DNA of 64,000 bases from Geosiphon pyriformis uo1 (Eukaryota; Fungi; Glomeromycota): contig JAAOMT010000222.1 of NCBI GenBank assembly GCA_016748015.1, positions 127,924-191,923 on the forward strand, given 5' to 3'. The notes under the pieces were generated by a model that was not told the DNA's origin, ran no database searches, and saw only the letters and a list, made by a program, of their open reading frames with translations. The translations under genes and the position numbers were made by a program. This document shows positions 63,001-64,000 of this stretch, piece by piece. How positions within the stretch are numbered: position 1 is the first letter of the stretch; each line of letters starts with the position of its first letter.

Positions 63001-64000
63001 TTGGTTTTCTCTGCTTGTATTCGTGTCAATATTTCTAATAATTTCTTAGCTGGTATGGTTCACATTCTTTTTGACTGGAAGTTATCTTTAGGCGGCTCTT
63101 TGGCCAGCTTTTTCCAGTTTCATGGTGGAGTATCTATGTCTGTTGTTCTTAACAAGTCTTTGTTTTGCAAGTTTTTACCTTTTCTCTGACATTATGGCAT
63201 TGTCTTTGTGAACCAGCTTCATGATTATTATGGTAGTGTTTTTAGCTGGCACATCTTTAAGAAGTGGAAAAAGCTGGACCATCATAGTCCGGTTCTCAAA
63301 TAATTCGACCTTTCTGTTGTATTTCTTGTGGCTCCTTGTTCTTCTCTCTTGGCATCGGCTGGTGTTGGCTCTCTGGACATTTGTGATTCTAATGATTTTG
63401 TATCAATCTGTAATTGTCTTTTTCAGGTTAATGCTGATAGCTTGTCTGTATACACGGATGGTTCATTGAAGAATTTGGACATGATTGGTTGTAGAGCCAG
63501 AACTGCTGTCTTTTTTGAAGACATTAATTTGGGTTTGGGTGTTGGCATTTAAGGCTTAGTGTCATCCACTTTGACAGAACTGCAGGCTATAGCATTGGCT
63601 CTGGAGTGCATGCCTGTAATTCATTCTGTCCATCTGTTTTCGGATAGTCAGACAGCTTTGAATGCTTGCAAGTCAGAGTTTGATCTAGTATGTCTTGATT
63701 TTCACAATCAATGTTGGGTCAAGCATCGGCATATCAGGAATGTTATTTGCAGTAAGAATTTGAGAGTTAAATAGCACAAGGTTAAGGGCCACTCTGGTAT
63801 CTCGGGGAATGATTGTGCTGATAGCCTTGCTAACACTGTATCTCTCTTTGATTGGTATCTTCTTCCTCATGTTAGTGAATATTTTTTGTTGGCAGATAGT
63901 GGTGTTGTTTCTGGTAATTCTAGGCACTTTGTTCGTGATGTTTTTCATGCTATTTGTCATGCACATTGGGAGGTCAGTTCTGGTTTTGGATTTCTAGATG
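60052..64000 (+). pseudogene. LINE copy 5 ORF2, partial (APE-RT-RNase H)
   Basis: GGDFN, IDYVF, MDH, KAYD, FVDN, YTDGS, ELQAI, SDSQ, KVKGHSG; many stops. Confidence 0.9.

Larger units (their letters stand above)
58083..64000 (+). mobile_element. 5'-complete LINE, copy 5 (runs off the window end after RNase H)
   Basis: A5 tract, then TTTCTTTCTCTCTT at 58088; ORF1 and ORF2 collinear with the other copies. Confidence 0.92.

Overview
Eukaryotic (fungal) DNA, not prokaryotic. The intron style, base composition and transposon proteins resemble an early-diverging Glomeromycota-type fungus such as Geosiphon; this is inference from recognition, not a search. The first 1.25 kb holds the last six exons of an intact J-domain (DnaJ/Hsp40) gene. 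From about 2.3 kb onward the window is a nested transposon cluster. It contains: (i) very AT-rich, transition-hypermutated Ty3/Gypsy relics that carry a dUTPase between protease and RT; (ii) a hAT DNA transposon with TIRs and an 8-bp TSD inside one Gypsy RT; (iii) five 5'-complete non-LTR retrotransposons of about 6.8 kb (ORF1 RRM-like/CCHC/coiled coil; ORF2 APE-RT-RNase H-Zn knuckle), four complete and one cut by the window end, all with nonsense mutations; and (iv) a 2.3-kb ORF1-only element (18567-20864) that lacks ORF2 but shares the LINEs' structured 3' tail and 5' signature. The best candidate for an undescribed system is this LINE / 'half-LINE' partnership. Its parts are a shared multi-stem, possibly pseudoknotted 3' RNA, an invariant CAATGA ORF1-stop/ORF2-start overlap, a 5' A-tract followed by an oligopyrimidine start, interchangeable 5'UTR/ORF1 modules, and junctions clustered in one Gypsy leader. 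Boundaries inside the AT-rich relics are approximate.
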